The notes under the pieces are model-generated. The model had not been told where the DNA came from. It ran no database searches and saw nothing but the letters and a program-made list of their open reading frames with translations. This document shows, in pieces, positions 22,006 through 30,884 of a stretch of 64,000 bases of DNA. Each line of letters begins with the position of its first letter. The first letter of the stretch is position 1. A program made the translations under genes and the position numbers. Origin of the DNA: Candidatus Gottesmanbacteria bacterium. Its GTDB lineage: Bacteria > Patescibacteriota > Microgenomatia > UBA10105 > UBA927. The stretch covers positions 44,025 through 108,024 of the forward strand of contig JACRMP010000025.1 in the NCBI GenBank assembly GCA_016214885.1. Reading direction: 5' to 3'.

Positions 22006-23163
22006 TCACGGGGCAATTTGGGAAATAGTCTGGTGAGGCTCGGTTGCCTGCAGTGACTGAAGAATAGCAGGGAGTTTGGTGAGGATATGTTTTGCTTCCC
22101 CTTTATCGTTAATTATTCCCCAGTTTAAGACACCGAATTCTTTGTCATCGAAGAGTTCATAGAAACCAATATTGCGGATATCAAATTCATTTACTACCGG
22201 TGCCATTGCCTTGGTGATTTTATCTACTGCATAGGATTGCAGAGCTTCATGTTTCGGGTTGGTCCGTTGTATTGGGTCGAGGGTGGGAAACCCGAACTCT
22301 CCTATATCGATGGCCATATGCGGAAACAGGGATTTAGTGGTAGTCAGAAGCGAGCGGAAATGGCGTACGTCCGTTAACTGATCGGTAAGAAGCGTAAGAA
22401 AGTCGCGGCGTACATCGTGTGTGCCACGGGTAGCAATGGCTTCCAGCGTCTGATGAGCGATAGTAGCGGCTCCTTTTGGTGATATCATTTTACGGTTGTG
22501 CTGATACGTACCGGGATAGAAGTCCAGCCCGATACTGGTAAGAGAGGATAATTCTGTCTGGTATTTTTTCAGAAATTTTTCCGCGTTTACCCAGGGCTTG
22601 GATAAAACAACGGTTGCTGTTACATCGGTAGTTTCTCCGAATACCTCGCGGGTTGCGGCGGCGAGCGACGGCATTTCCCTGATAAGTTTTTTGGGTGTAT
22701 ACACGGGATTATTAAGTTCGTTTAATATCTGTATTGATTTAACCGGAACTTTAAGCCGGTCAAAATGCCGTTTTACGTTTTTTGCGTAATCCGTATATGC
22801 CTGTCTGATGGCTTCCGGTGATTTTCCCTTATATGCCCAGGCAGGGGGAGTGGAGAGGATGATAATAGGTTCCAGTCCATGCTTCTGAGCCGCCTGGGCA
22901 AGGAGTGCGGATTTTCCCAGATATGACTCGTTTATCTCACCGGGTTTTGGGGTTGCTGTTTTCCATCGGATATCAAACCGGTGTTTGGAAAAACCAAGTT
23001 TTTTTATTTCCGGAGCGATCCGCTCAAACTGTGCAACGCTGACATTATCCATATCAGGCACGTGGTGGGTGATGAATAACGACCGTTCCTTGGGGGGAGG
23101 TGGGTGTGATATTTCGGTCATAAGGATCGTTAGGGGGTAGTAGCCGTTATTATACAGCATCAC
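22006..23163 (-). CDS. Putative glycoside hydrolase, (beta/alpha)8 clan GH-A-like
   Basis: ILNELNN (an NE acid/base-like motif) and secondary-structure-like alternation. Weak assignment made by eye. Confidence 0.35.
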   Translation of the reverse strand: MMLYNNGYYPLTILMTEISHPPPPKERSLFITHHVPDMDNVSVAQFERIAPEIKKLGFSKHRFDIRWKTATPKPGEINESYLGKSALLAQAAQKHGLEPIIILSTPPAWAYKGKSPEAIRQAYTDYAKNVKRHFDRLKVPVKSIQILNELNNPVYTPKKLIREMPSLAAATREVFGETTDVTATVVLSKPWVNAEKFLKKYQTELSSLTSIGLDFYPGTYQHNRKMISPKGAATIAHQTLEAIATRGTHDVRRDFLTLLTDQLTDVRHFRSLLTTTKSLFPHMAIDIGEFGFPTLDPIQRTNPKHEALQSYAVDKITKAMAPVVNEFDIRNIGFYELFDDKEFGVLNWGIINDKGEAKHILTKLPAILQSLQATEPHQTISQIAP

Positions 23164-24401
23164 TGCTCTTTGTATCTTCGCAGCAGCGGAACAGTCGTTC
23201 CCATGACTGCTACGACGATAAGCGTACCTATGCCGCCGATAACCACGGTAAGCGGTGCTCCTACAAATCCAGCTAGTAATCCCGCTTCCACCTCTCCCAG
23301 ACGGGGGCCTCCGGTATAGAATATCTGGTTAATAGCAGTCATTCTGCCGCGGATATAATCAGGGGTAGTCATCTGCCGGATAATATTGCGGATCACCGAG
23401 CTCATGCCGTCGCCGGCGCCTACGATGACAAGGGCAAAAACAGAGAGGAAATAGTTTGTCGATACACCGAATAATATGGTGCCAACTGCGTAGCCCACAA
23501 TGCTTAACAGCAGTATTTTACCCGTATGCATTGCTTTTCCTGCTGAAGCGGCCACAAATCCCATGAGGGTTGCTCCCACAAAAGGTGCCGCATACAGGAA
23601 TCCCAAATATTCGGGGCCGATGCGGAGAATATCTTTTGCAAATACCGGTAGTAGTATGGTGGCCTCCGCAAACAGTGTGGAGAAAAAATCGAGGAGCATG
23701 GTCGACCAGATAAGCGTTTTTGACCTGACAAACCGCAATCCTTCGGCAATAGCAGTGAGGCTGGCTGGCTGTCTTTCGCCTTCAATCCTGCCGTGCGCTT
23801 TCATACCAAGCAGTGCAAAAAATAGTACAAGATACGAAAACGCATCGATAATGTAGACGGCTCCCACTCCAAGATAGGCGATGACAAATCCGGCGATTGC
23901 AGGGCCTGTGACCGTCGAAATGTTGTAGCCAATTATATTGAGACTTACCGCATTGCCGTAATGCTCACGGGCAACCAGACTGGGGAGGAATGCGCTTCTG
24001 GCAGGTCCATCAAGGCTGTAAATGGCAATCAGTATACCGTTGAGGATGAGCAGGTTGGTAGGGTTTGCCGTCCCGGTGACGGTGAGAATTCCCTGGGCTG
24101 CGGCAACCAAGGCTTGGGATGCTTGGGTTACATAGAGGATTTTTTTGCGGTTATGTGCGTCAACGAGAGTGCCTCCTATGAGGGAAAAAAGAATGACCGG
24201 GAGTATGCGCGTGGCTCCGATGAGTGCTAACACATACGGGGAATGCGTCATTTCATAAAGCTGCCAGTTTATGGCGACTACCTGCATTTGGGTTCCGGCG
24301 TTGGAGATAAACTGTCCTATCCATTGCAGGATATAGTCAGTAGATTGAAGGGCGGGATATTTAGCGACAATACGGTTCATGGAAGAAAAATATTGTATCA
24401 C
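23160..24401 (-). CDS. MFS transporter (EntS/YbdA-like subfamily)
   Basis: 12 TM helices. The N-terminus is QWIGQFISNAGTQMQVVAINWQLYEMT, typical of the MFS_3/EntS family. Confidence 0.7.
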   Translation of the reverse strand: MIQYFSSMNRIVAKYPALQSTDYILQWIGQFISNAGTQMQVVAINWQLYEMTHSPYVLALIGATRILPVILFSLIGGTLVDAHNRKKILYVTQASQALVAAAQGILTVTGTANPTNLLILNGILIAIYSLDGPARSAFLPSLVAREHYGNAVSLNIIGYNISTVTGPAIAGFVIAYLGVGAVYIIDAFSYLVLFFALLGMKAHGRIEGERQPASLTAIAEGLRFVRSKTLIWSTMLLDFFSTLFAEATILLPVFAKDILRIGPEYLGFLYAAPFVGATLMGFVAASAGKAMHTGKILLLSIVGYAVGTILFGVSTNYFLSVFALVIVGAGDGMSSVIRNIIRQMTTPDYIRGRMTAINQIFYTGGPRLGEVEAGLLAGFVGAPLTVVIGGIGTLIVVAVMGTTVPLLRRYKEQ

Positions 24402-24474
24402 TTTTTTTCTGTCGTCCTTAATTTGTAAGTTATCTTACGAATTGGTATAGTGAGTAAAGAAAGGGGTTCTATAC

Positions 24475-24840
24475 ATGCTTAATCTTAATTCGTTACTGCT
24501 CTCGTCGGCAAATCCCAGGCGGCTTATTGAATTTTACGGCAAGGTGCTTAACATGCAGTCCACTTCCTGGGGTCAGGATGACTGGGGTGGTTATGAGATT
24601 GGCAACAGCTGGCTCACCATCGGGCCGCACGACAAGGTGAAGGGTAACGCAAAAGAACCCGAACGGCTTATGTTTAACTTTGAGACCAAAGAAGTTGAGA
24701 AGGAGTTCGAACGGATTAAGGCGCTGGGAGCCAAAGTGATTGCTGATCCGTATAACCCGGAACAGGAAAGCGGTATGAAGATAGCCACATTTGCCGATCC
24801 AGACGGCAACTATTTCCAGCTCATGAGCCCGATGAAGTAG
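24475..24840 (+). CDS. VOC/glyoxalase-family small protein
   Basis: Size and betaalphabetabetabeta-like pattern; a weak by-eye assignment. Confidence 0.4.
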   Translation: MLNLNSLLLSSANPRRLIEFYGKVLNMQSTSWGQDDWGGYEIGNSWLTIGPHDKVKGNAKEPERLMFNFETKEVEKEFERIKALGAKVIADPYNPEQESGMKIATFADPDGNYFQLMSPMK

Positions 24841-24845
24841 TAGGG

Positions 24846-25457
24846 TTAAAACAGACCAATCTGTCTTGTGGAATCGATGACTTCTTTAGGATACGAAAAG
24901 TCGACGGTAAAACTCGCCACATTGTTCCAATTGTCGATGTACTTAAGTTCGCGGTTTGCTACACCAAAGTCATATAAATCGCGGGTGAGCAGTACGTCTG
25001 CCTCGCAATATTCCTGGAGCATCTTGAGGCTTTCGGGATCATGCTGGTTCCAGTACATTACCGCATTGGTGCCTACATCTGTTTTATCCCGTCCCAGTGT
25101 ATATTTTCCCAATGTTGAAAGACTCAGATAGTGTCCCAGTTTGGCGCGCACGTGTACCATGATGTCGAAATGCGGTAGTTTGGAAAAATTTTCAGGAGCA
25201 TACGGGAGTAACGCCGGCACGTCAAATTTTATCGTGTTAAATCCTATGATGCGCTTAGCTTCACCCATAATGCGGAACATTTCGGGGAAATCCTCTTCCC
25301 AGAAGCTTTTCAATTCTCCCGATATTTCATGCTGTTCATCATCCACCTGGCGGATATAGGCACTGGCAATGGATACACCCAGCAATGAGGGATCATTTCC
25401 TTCCACTTCTGAAAACAACCGTTTGGTTTCTACATCAAAAATGACTTCAGTAATCAT
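24846..25457 (-). CDS. DEDD-type 3'-5' exonuclease (RNase H-like, YprB/PF13482-like)
   Basis: Exo I VIFDVETKRLF, Exo II IGFNTIKFDVPAL, Exo III EYCEADVLLTRDLYDF. The ORF upstream of the Met at 25457 overlaps the divergent MFS gene. Confidence 0.55.
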   Translation of the reverse strand: MITEVIFDVETKRLFSEVEGNDPSLLGVSIASAYIRQVDDEQHEISGELKSFWEEDFPEMFRIMGEAKRIIGFNTIKFDVPALLPYAPENFSKLPHFDIMVHVRAKLGHYLSLSTLGKYTLGRDKTDVGTNAVMYWNQHDPESLKMLQEYCEADVLLTRDLYDFGVANRELKYIDNWNNVASFTVDFSYPKEVIDSTRQIGLF

Positions 25458-25592
25458 AGGGTGAAGTAAGTATAGGAAAAACGGTGGATAAGAGCAAGCT
25501 GGAGCAACCGGACAACATCGGTGGTGTATTGGAGGTAGGAAACCCTCGTTGCCGGGATCGGTGCTGTATTTGATACAATGAGTGATTGGAAT

Positions 25593-26765
25593 ATGAAAAA
25601 AACGTTGTGGATTATTGCACTTATCGCGGTGGTAAACGCCCTGGGATACGGGATTATCATTCCTATTCTTTATTCGTACTCGCACAAATTCGGGCTTTCT
25701 GATTTCCACAACGGATTGTTGTTTTCGATATTTTCCGTTTTCCAGTTTGTGGCAACTCCGCTTATCGGCAGGTTGTCCGACGCATATGGGAGAAGGCCGC
25801 TTCTTTTAATATCGCTGTTTGGAACCGCACTGTCGTTTTTTATCATGGCATTTGCACAGAATGCGGCGTGGCTGTTTATTGCCCGTGCGCTTGACGGACT
25901 CACTGCAGGCAATATTCCCGTAGCACTAGCCGTCATATCGGATACGACGGAACCAAAGGACCGCGCAAAAGGCTTCGGCATTATTGGGGCGTCCTTTGGT
26001 TTGGGTTTTACATTCGGACCTGCTATATCGGCATTCACGATCCACCTTGGGGCGGGAGTGCCGTTTATTATCGCGGGATTTGTCGCACTCGCGGCATTTC
26101 TGGTGACGGCGGTGTTTTTACAGGAGACCAATACGCACAAAGGGGTTGCCGTGACCCGGCACGTTTTTGATTTCCGGCATTTGTTCCATGCTCTTGTCGA
26201 TCCTGCGATAGGCAAAACGCTCACCGTATCATTTTTGGTCATGCTGGCGTTTTCCATATACATTTATGCGTTCCAGCCGATGTCGGTAGTTGTGCTCCAT
26301 CTGTCAGCACAGCAGATCTCGATTATTTTTACGGTCATCGGTATTATCGGATTGGTATCCCAGGGGGCGGTTATCCCCCGTGCACTTAAGTTGTTCGGAG
26401 AGCGGAGGCTTCTGGTAGGTTCTGCATTAAGTTCAGTTATTCTTTTTCTCGTGCTGTTTGCCGCACGTTCGTATCCGTTATTTTTAGCAGCCGTCATGCT
26501 CCAGGCATTTACCAATGGTTTTGCCAATCCGGTCATCCAGGCGTTGTTGTCGCGCGAAGCGGATCAGAAAAGTCAGGGATCCATTATGGGCGTAAACGCG
26601 TCGTATCAGAGCATCGGCCAGATTATAGGACCCATTATCGGAGGCGTCTTGTCGACCATATTTATTCCGCTGCCGTTTTTGGCGTCAGCGGCAGCGATGG
26701 GTGTTGCCGCCTTGCTTTCTGTGCAGATACTGCGTAAACACCTTCATCAGCAGGCCCTTGTATAG
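25593..26765 (+). CDS. MFS transporter (DHA1-like)
   Basis: 12 TM helices, motif A-like GRLSDAYGRRP, and LDGLTAGN. Confidence 0.75.
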   Translation: MKKTLWIIALIAVVNALGYGIIIPILYSYSHKFGLSDFHNGLLFSIFSVFQFVATPLIGRLSDAYGRRPLLLISLFGTALSFFIMAFAQNAAWLFIARALDGLTAGNIPVALAVISDTTEPKDRAKGFGIIGASFGLGFTFGPAISAFTIHLGAGVPFIIAGFVALAAFLVTAVFLQETNTHKGVAVTRHVFDFRHLFHALVDPAIGKTLTVSFLVMLAFSIYIYAFQPMSVVVLHLSAQQISIIFTVIGIIGLVSQGAVIPRALKLFGERRLLVGSALSSVILFLVLFAARSYPLFLAAVMLQAFTNGFANPVIQALLSREADQKSQGSIMGVNASYQSIGQIIGPIIGGVLSTIFIPLPFLASAAAMGVAALLSVQILRKHLHQQALV

Positions 26766-26824
26766 CTGACTTGTGCAAATATTTACATAAAGGCGTATAA
26801 TACCCCGCAATATCACTCCCGCGT

Positions 26825-27625
26825 ATGAACCCATTTGCAGAACGGAAACTTCAGCCTCAAAAAGAACTTCTCAATAGGAATAATCTTATTATCACCATTG
26901 ATGGCTCGACTACAGCGGGTAAGCGGGTATTGGGCGAGCATCTGGCTGACCGGTATGATCTTAACGTGTTAAATACCGGCACCTCCATCCGCGCCATGGC
27001 GCTCCTTGCCATCGAAAATAATCTGGTTAAAACAAATGATACCAATGTGACCACTATACCGGTGGATTTCGGGGATCGTATCGTCGAGCTGTATGACAAA
27101 ATGCCCGAGAAGCTCACCATTACCAAACCCCGTGAAGGTGAACGGACGGCGAGAGTTATGGTGGGAGCGCGTGACATGCGGGGTGAATTGCTTACTTATC
27201 AAAAACAAAAAGCCATCGAAAATCTCTCCGCTGTTATCGCTGCGAGCCCCGTTATCCGGTGGAAGCTCTACCAGCTATGGCGGTCAGCAGCAAAGGAGTT
27301 GGGAGGCGTAGTGGTGATCGGCCGGAAGACCGGTATTGATTTGTTCCCCAATGCACCGGTGAAGCTGTATTTCTTCGCAAGTCCGGAAGCGTCGGCTGCC
27401 TATCGGGTGACCCACGATCCGACAGCCACCATGCACCAGACGACAGAGGAATTGTATATCCGTGAGCGTGACGGGCAGGATCAAATAAATGGATTGCTTG
27501 ATAGACCTGCGGGGGCAATCGTGATCGATACGAGTCCGTATATAAGCCGCGGTGATGGTAAGGGTTTGGCGGAGCTGGAAGCGCAGATTGTTAAGCGTAT
27601 CGATAGCCGTTTCGAAATTAGATAA
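26825..27625 (+). CDS. Cytidylate-kinase-like protein, paralog 1, with a non-canonical P-loop
   Basis: ITIDGSTTAGKR aligns to Cmk IAIDGPxxxGKST. The Cmk core motif GGVVVIGRKTGIDLFPNAPVKLYFFASPEASAAYR is present (compare GRDIGTVVFPDA.KIFLTAS.E.RA.RR). Confidence 0.55.
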   Translation: MNPFAERKLQPQKELLNRNNLIITIDGSTTAGKRVLGEHLADRYDLNVLNTGTSIRAMALLAIENNLVKTNDTNVTTIPVDFGDRIVELYDKMPEKLTITKPREGERTARVMVGARDMRGELLTYQKQKAIENLSAVIAASPVIRWKLYQLWRSAAKELGGVVVIGRKTGIDLFPNAPVKLYFFASPEASAAYRVTHDPTATMHQTTEELYIRERDGQDQINGLLDRPAGAIVIDTSPYISRGDGKGLAELEAQIVKRIDSRFEIR

Positions 27626-28196
27626 GTTTTGCCCTGCTGTTTGACTGTACGACGGTGAGGGGGTGCTTGGTGCCTTTTTCCCAGAGTTTAAAGCCCACAT
27701 AGTTATACTGTGGCGTCTTGAGGTGTCCCTCCCGGTACATTTTTTCTACGTCATCGGGGGTGAAAAATCCGTAGTTTTGGATTTCATCAGCCTGCATCTT
27801 GAAAGTGCCGTCGAGAATAGTTCCGCGGTACGAATAACCGATGTGCATATGCGCCTTATCTACGCTGGTTCCGTTCTTGTCTTTGCCGTAGGCGACAGCA
27901 TCTTTGTCATCATCGGCGTAGTAGTGCCACACCCCGATAAGCTCATCGAGGCGGATGTCTAAACCAAGTTCCTCTTTGGCTTCCCGCAGCGCTGCCATTT
28001 CCGGTTCTTCGTTAAACGCCACATCTACAAATCCGGCTATCGGTGACCATTTGCCGCCGTATTGATCCACGTCCTGCACCATGAGGAGCCGGCCGTTTGC
28101 ATCGCTTAAGAATATGGATACCGATGCAGATGCGTTGGTGTGTTCTTTCCACACCGATTGTTCTTTGGGGACGGGCGATACTTCATGGTTTGCCAT
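27618..28196 (-). CDS. NUDIX hydrolase
   Basis: Nudix box GFVDVAFNEEPEMAALREAKEELGL. Confidence 0.8.
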   Translation of the reverse strand: MANHEVSPVPKEQSVWKEHTNASASVSIFLSDANGRLLMVQDVDQYGGKWSPIAGFVDVAFNEEPEMAALREAKEELGLDIRLDELIGVWHYYADDDKDAVAYGKDKNGTSVDKAHMHIGYSYRGTILDGTFKMQADEIQNYGFFTPDDVEKMYREGHLKTPQYNYVGFKLWEKGTKHPLTVVQSNSRAKLI

Positions 28197-28232
28197 AGTA
28201 AGAAGGGTATTATACTCTAAACTACGGCAATT

Positions 28233-28631
28233 TTAAAAATCAGCGCGGTCCATGTATAGAGCGGGGTTTTTGATGATATCCCGGTAGAGACCCGAATCCG
28301 CATAGTGGCCGGAGACGCTGCGGTTGGGTACGGTGTACAAATGGATTTCGCGCGTTTGTATCGTGGTGGTGACGGTGGCGCTCGCTTTATCGGCTACTTC
28401 TTCGGGTGGCGGCGCGGCTTCTTCAGGGGAATTCGGGGGGTCGGGTAGCGCTGTTGGCTCCCGCAGATTGTGTGCGTGCGGAGTATGTTCAGTCCATGAC
28501 ATACCAATGCCAATTATACACCGCCGTGTCCAGAGGTGATCGCTTGACAGGAACTTCGTTGTGTGTGCTAGAGTATATATAGATATGGCAAAAGCAGTGA
28601 AAAAGAAAAAGCCGATTAAGAAACCCCACAA
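28233..28631 (-). CDS. Hypothetical small membrane protein (uncertain)
   Basis: N-terminal TM helix. It overlaps the 5' end of the divergent 28585 gene, so the start is uncertain. Confidence 0.2.
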   Translation of the reverse strand: MWGFLIGFFFFTAFAISIYTLAHTTKFLSSDHLWTRRCIIGIGMSWTEHTPHAHNLREPTALPDPPNSPEEAAPPPEEVADKASATVTTTIQTREIHLYTVPNRSVSGHYADSGLYRDIIKNPALYMDRADF

Positions 28632-29613
28632 AGTGCGTGCGTTAGCCTCCTCCGCCTCAAAAGATTCCTGGAGTATTAAACGGATTTATCTTCCTTTAGG
28701 GTTTGCTGTTTTAGCACTGTTGGCTGGGTCACAGCTTACATATACCCAGAGTTACCGGAGTGACATTTTGGGTGATGAGGATGATGCAATTGAGGAGCAG
28801 CAAAAAGAAGCGGAAGATCAGCAAAAAGAGGAAGAGGAACGCAGAGAAGACGAAGCGAAGAGGTTGGAGGATGCACAAAAAGAGCAGGAACAGGAGCAGG
28901 AGCAAGAACAGGAGCGTTCACAAAATTCCGGCAGCAGCAGAACACGGGTAAAGACGGAAATGGAAACAGAAACCAAAAGCGGCGTAAAGATTAAGTCTAA
29001 GATAGAAGACAATGGAGCACGGAAAATAGAAGTGGAAGGAGAGGGCGTACACTTCAAGTTTGAGGAAGAGAATGGTGAAGTGAAACTTAAGGTGGAAAAT
29101 GAAGAAGGAGAAGAATCCGAGACGCGCTCCCACCTGAGTATCGTGGACGAGCTGGAGGATGCACTAGAGGATGAAGAGATAGAAATATCCAGTGACGAAG
29201 GACATCTGGAGCTTACACACAATGCCGTACGTGCACGGGTGAATTTCCCGCTGTCTATTGATCCGGTGACACGCGAGCTTATTGTGACAACGCCCGCAGG
29301 GGAAAAGACGGTGGCAATTCTGCCCGATGCCGCACTGAAAAATTTGTTTATTAAAGGGTTTCTGACTGAAATCGCCTCCGGTTCAGGATCGATTGCCGAT
29401 GCCAGCGGTTCCGCTAGTTTGGCGGGCGCATTTGAACTAAAGATTAACAACGGGAACTTGGTATACGAAATAAAAGGGAGTAAAAAAGAGAAGTTCCTGG
29501 GATTAGTGCCGGTGACCATGCCGAAGACAATGACGGTTTCCGCCCTTAGCGGCGAGGTATTATCCGAGACACAGTCTATTCTTTCTACCATCCTCGGATT
29601 CCTGTCATTCTAA
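28585..29613 (+). CDS. Membrane-anchored acidic protein with EQ/EE low-complexity repeats
   Basis: A TM anchor (LPLGFAVLALLAGS), then QKEQEQEQEQEQE..., many E-rich segments, and a GSGS linker. Confidence 0.5.
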   Translation: MAKAVKKKKPIKKPHKVRALASSASKDSWSIKRIYLPLGFAVLALLAGSQLTYTQSYRSDILGDEDDAIEEQQKEAEDQQKEEEERREDEAKRLEDAQKEQEQEQEQEQERSQNSGSSRTRVKTEMETETKSGVKIKSKIEDNGARKIEVEGEGVHFKFEEENGEVKLKVENEEGEESETRSHLSIVDELEDALEDEEIEISSDEGHLELTHNAVRARVNFPLSIDPVTRELIVTTPAGEKTVAILPDAALKNLFIKGFLTEIASGSGSIADASGSASLAGAFELKINNGNLVYEIKGSKKEKFLGLVPVTMPKTMTVSALSGEVLSETQSILSTILGFLSF

Positions 29614-29682
29614 CTATTTTCCTGTAGTACACCAGCAAACCCTCTGGATATTTGTTATTGCGTGTTATAATCTGCCGAAGTT

Positions 29683-30438
29683 ATGATCCGGAACACTGAG
29701 CAGATATCTATGGGAGCATCTGTCGCGGTAATCGGCCCTACTGCGTCTGGCAAAGAGAAGCTTTCGGTGAGTGAGCTTGCTCCCCGTTTGGGAGAGGTGG
29801 CGATTATCACCGGTAATTCGGTGCGTGCTGCAGCACTTAAGGCTCGGGAACAGAATTTGCTGACAGTGTGTGACGGGTCGGTGCGTTTTCAGCCACACGC
29901 GGCAGATATTATCCATGATTGGTTTAACCGGGGATCACGCGGTTTTCATTTCGAGCAGGTGGGGGATGGCGTTAAAGCACACATTTTTTTTGGCGACCGT
30001 GACTTGAACAAAGCAATTCACCCGCGCAACACCGGGGAAAATCTGGAGCCACTTGCGGCACATATAGCTACACATCCCCTGATCCGGAAGGCGATGTACA
30101 GATTTTGGCGGGATTCGATAGCGCGGTTTGGAGGAGCGGTAGTCGTGACCAAAACGCCCAAGGCGTATATGCCGGAAGCGCCGGTAGTAGCACTGACGGT
30201 AGATGATATCACCGCGACAGCGTACCGGTTCCGGCATGGTGTTAATGTGTTTCCTACTTTTGATGGGGAGTTAGCATATTTGAGACAGCGTAACGAATTG
30301 CACCGTAAGAAGCATCTTGACGGCGTTCCAAAAGGCTCCATGCTTCTTGATATGTCGCCGTTTCTTATGCACCGCGCGGGTATGGGTAAAGCCGCCGACC
30401 GGGTGCAGGAGTTTTTGGCGCAGCGAATGTTCCGGTGA
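29683..30438 (+). CDS. Cytidylate-kinase-like protein, paralog 2, with a non-canonical P-loop
   Basis: VAVIGPTASGKEK aligns to the Cmk P-loop but lacks the Ser/Thr after Lys. GGAVVVTKTPKAYMPEAPVVALTVDDITATAYRF matches the Cmk core, and it aligns to paralog 1 throughout. Confidence 0.55.
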   Translation: MIRNTEQISMGASVAVIGPTASGKEKLSVSELAPRLGEVAIITGNSVRAAALKAREQNLLTVCDGSVRFQPHAADIIHDWFNRGSRGFHFEQVGDGVKAHIFFGDRDLNKAIHPRNTGENLEPLAAHIATHPLIRKAMYRFWRDSIARFGGAVVVTKTPKAYMPEAPVVALTVDDITATAYRFRHGVNVFPTFDGELAYLRQRNELHRKKHLDGVPKGSMLLDMSPFLMHRAGMGKAADRVQEFLAQRMFR

Positions 30439-30831
30439 TTACGTGCGGGGGACAATCATGCGGGAGAGGCGGGTAATGCGGATATGTTCCATATCATGCG
30501 CTGCCATCGCATCTTTGGGAATACGTGCGATGGTCCGTGCATACGCATCGATGCGTACCGGAAATTTAGTCTGAAAAGTATAGGTTATCGTAAGATCTTT
30601 ATCTGGCCCGTCGGTTACTACTATTTCTACTGCAGACGCATCACCGGTGTAATTTTTGATCCGTGAATCCGGAAAACCCCGGACCCACCCGGTATTTGTA
30701 CGGGGACGCGTTCTGAAGCCGCCGCTTTCTTCCACTACTACCACATCCTGCAACATGAGACTCATTTCTTTGGCGGCACTCATGGGGCGATAGTAGGGGG
30801 TTTGGGTTGCCGGTGTCAATAACATGTGCAT
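30439..30831 (-). CDS. Hypothetical protein (start uncertain; possibly MSAAKEM at 30783)
   Basis: An ORF with native GC content; no recognisable motif. Confidence 0.3.
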   Translation of the reverse strand: MHMLLTPATQTPYYRPMSAAKEMSLMLQDVVVVEESGGFRTRPRTNTGWVRGFPDSRIKNYTGDASAVEIVVTDGPDKDLTITYTFQTKFPVRIDAYARTIARIPKDAMAAHDMEHIRITRLSRMIVPRT

Positions 30832-30884
30832 GGGTGAATCAGCTTGACTTCAGTACAAAAAGGAGTAATGTTACAGCAGTATTT

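Noticed and set aside
28818-29591. 257-aa Ser-rich minus-strand ORF
   Set aside because: Antisense translation of the GAG/GAA-rich acidic gene; a compositional artefact.
30439-30831. The 130-aa protein as dUTPase/SpeH-like
   Set aside because: A superficial resemblance (GGF...G) did not hold up against the five dUTPase motifs. It is left as hypothetical.
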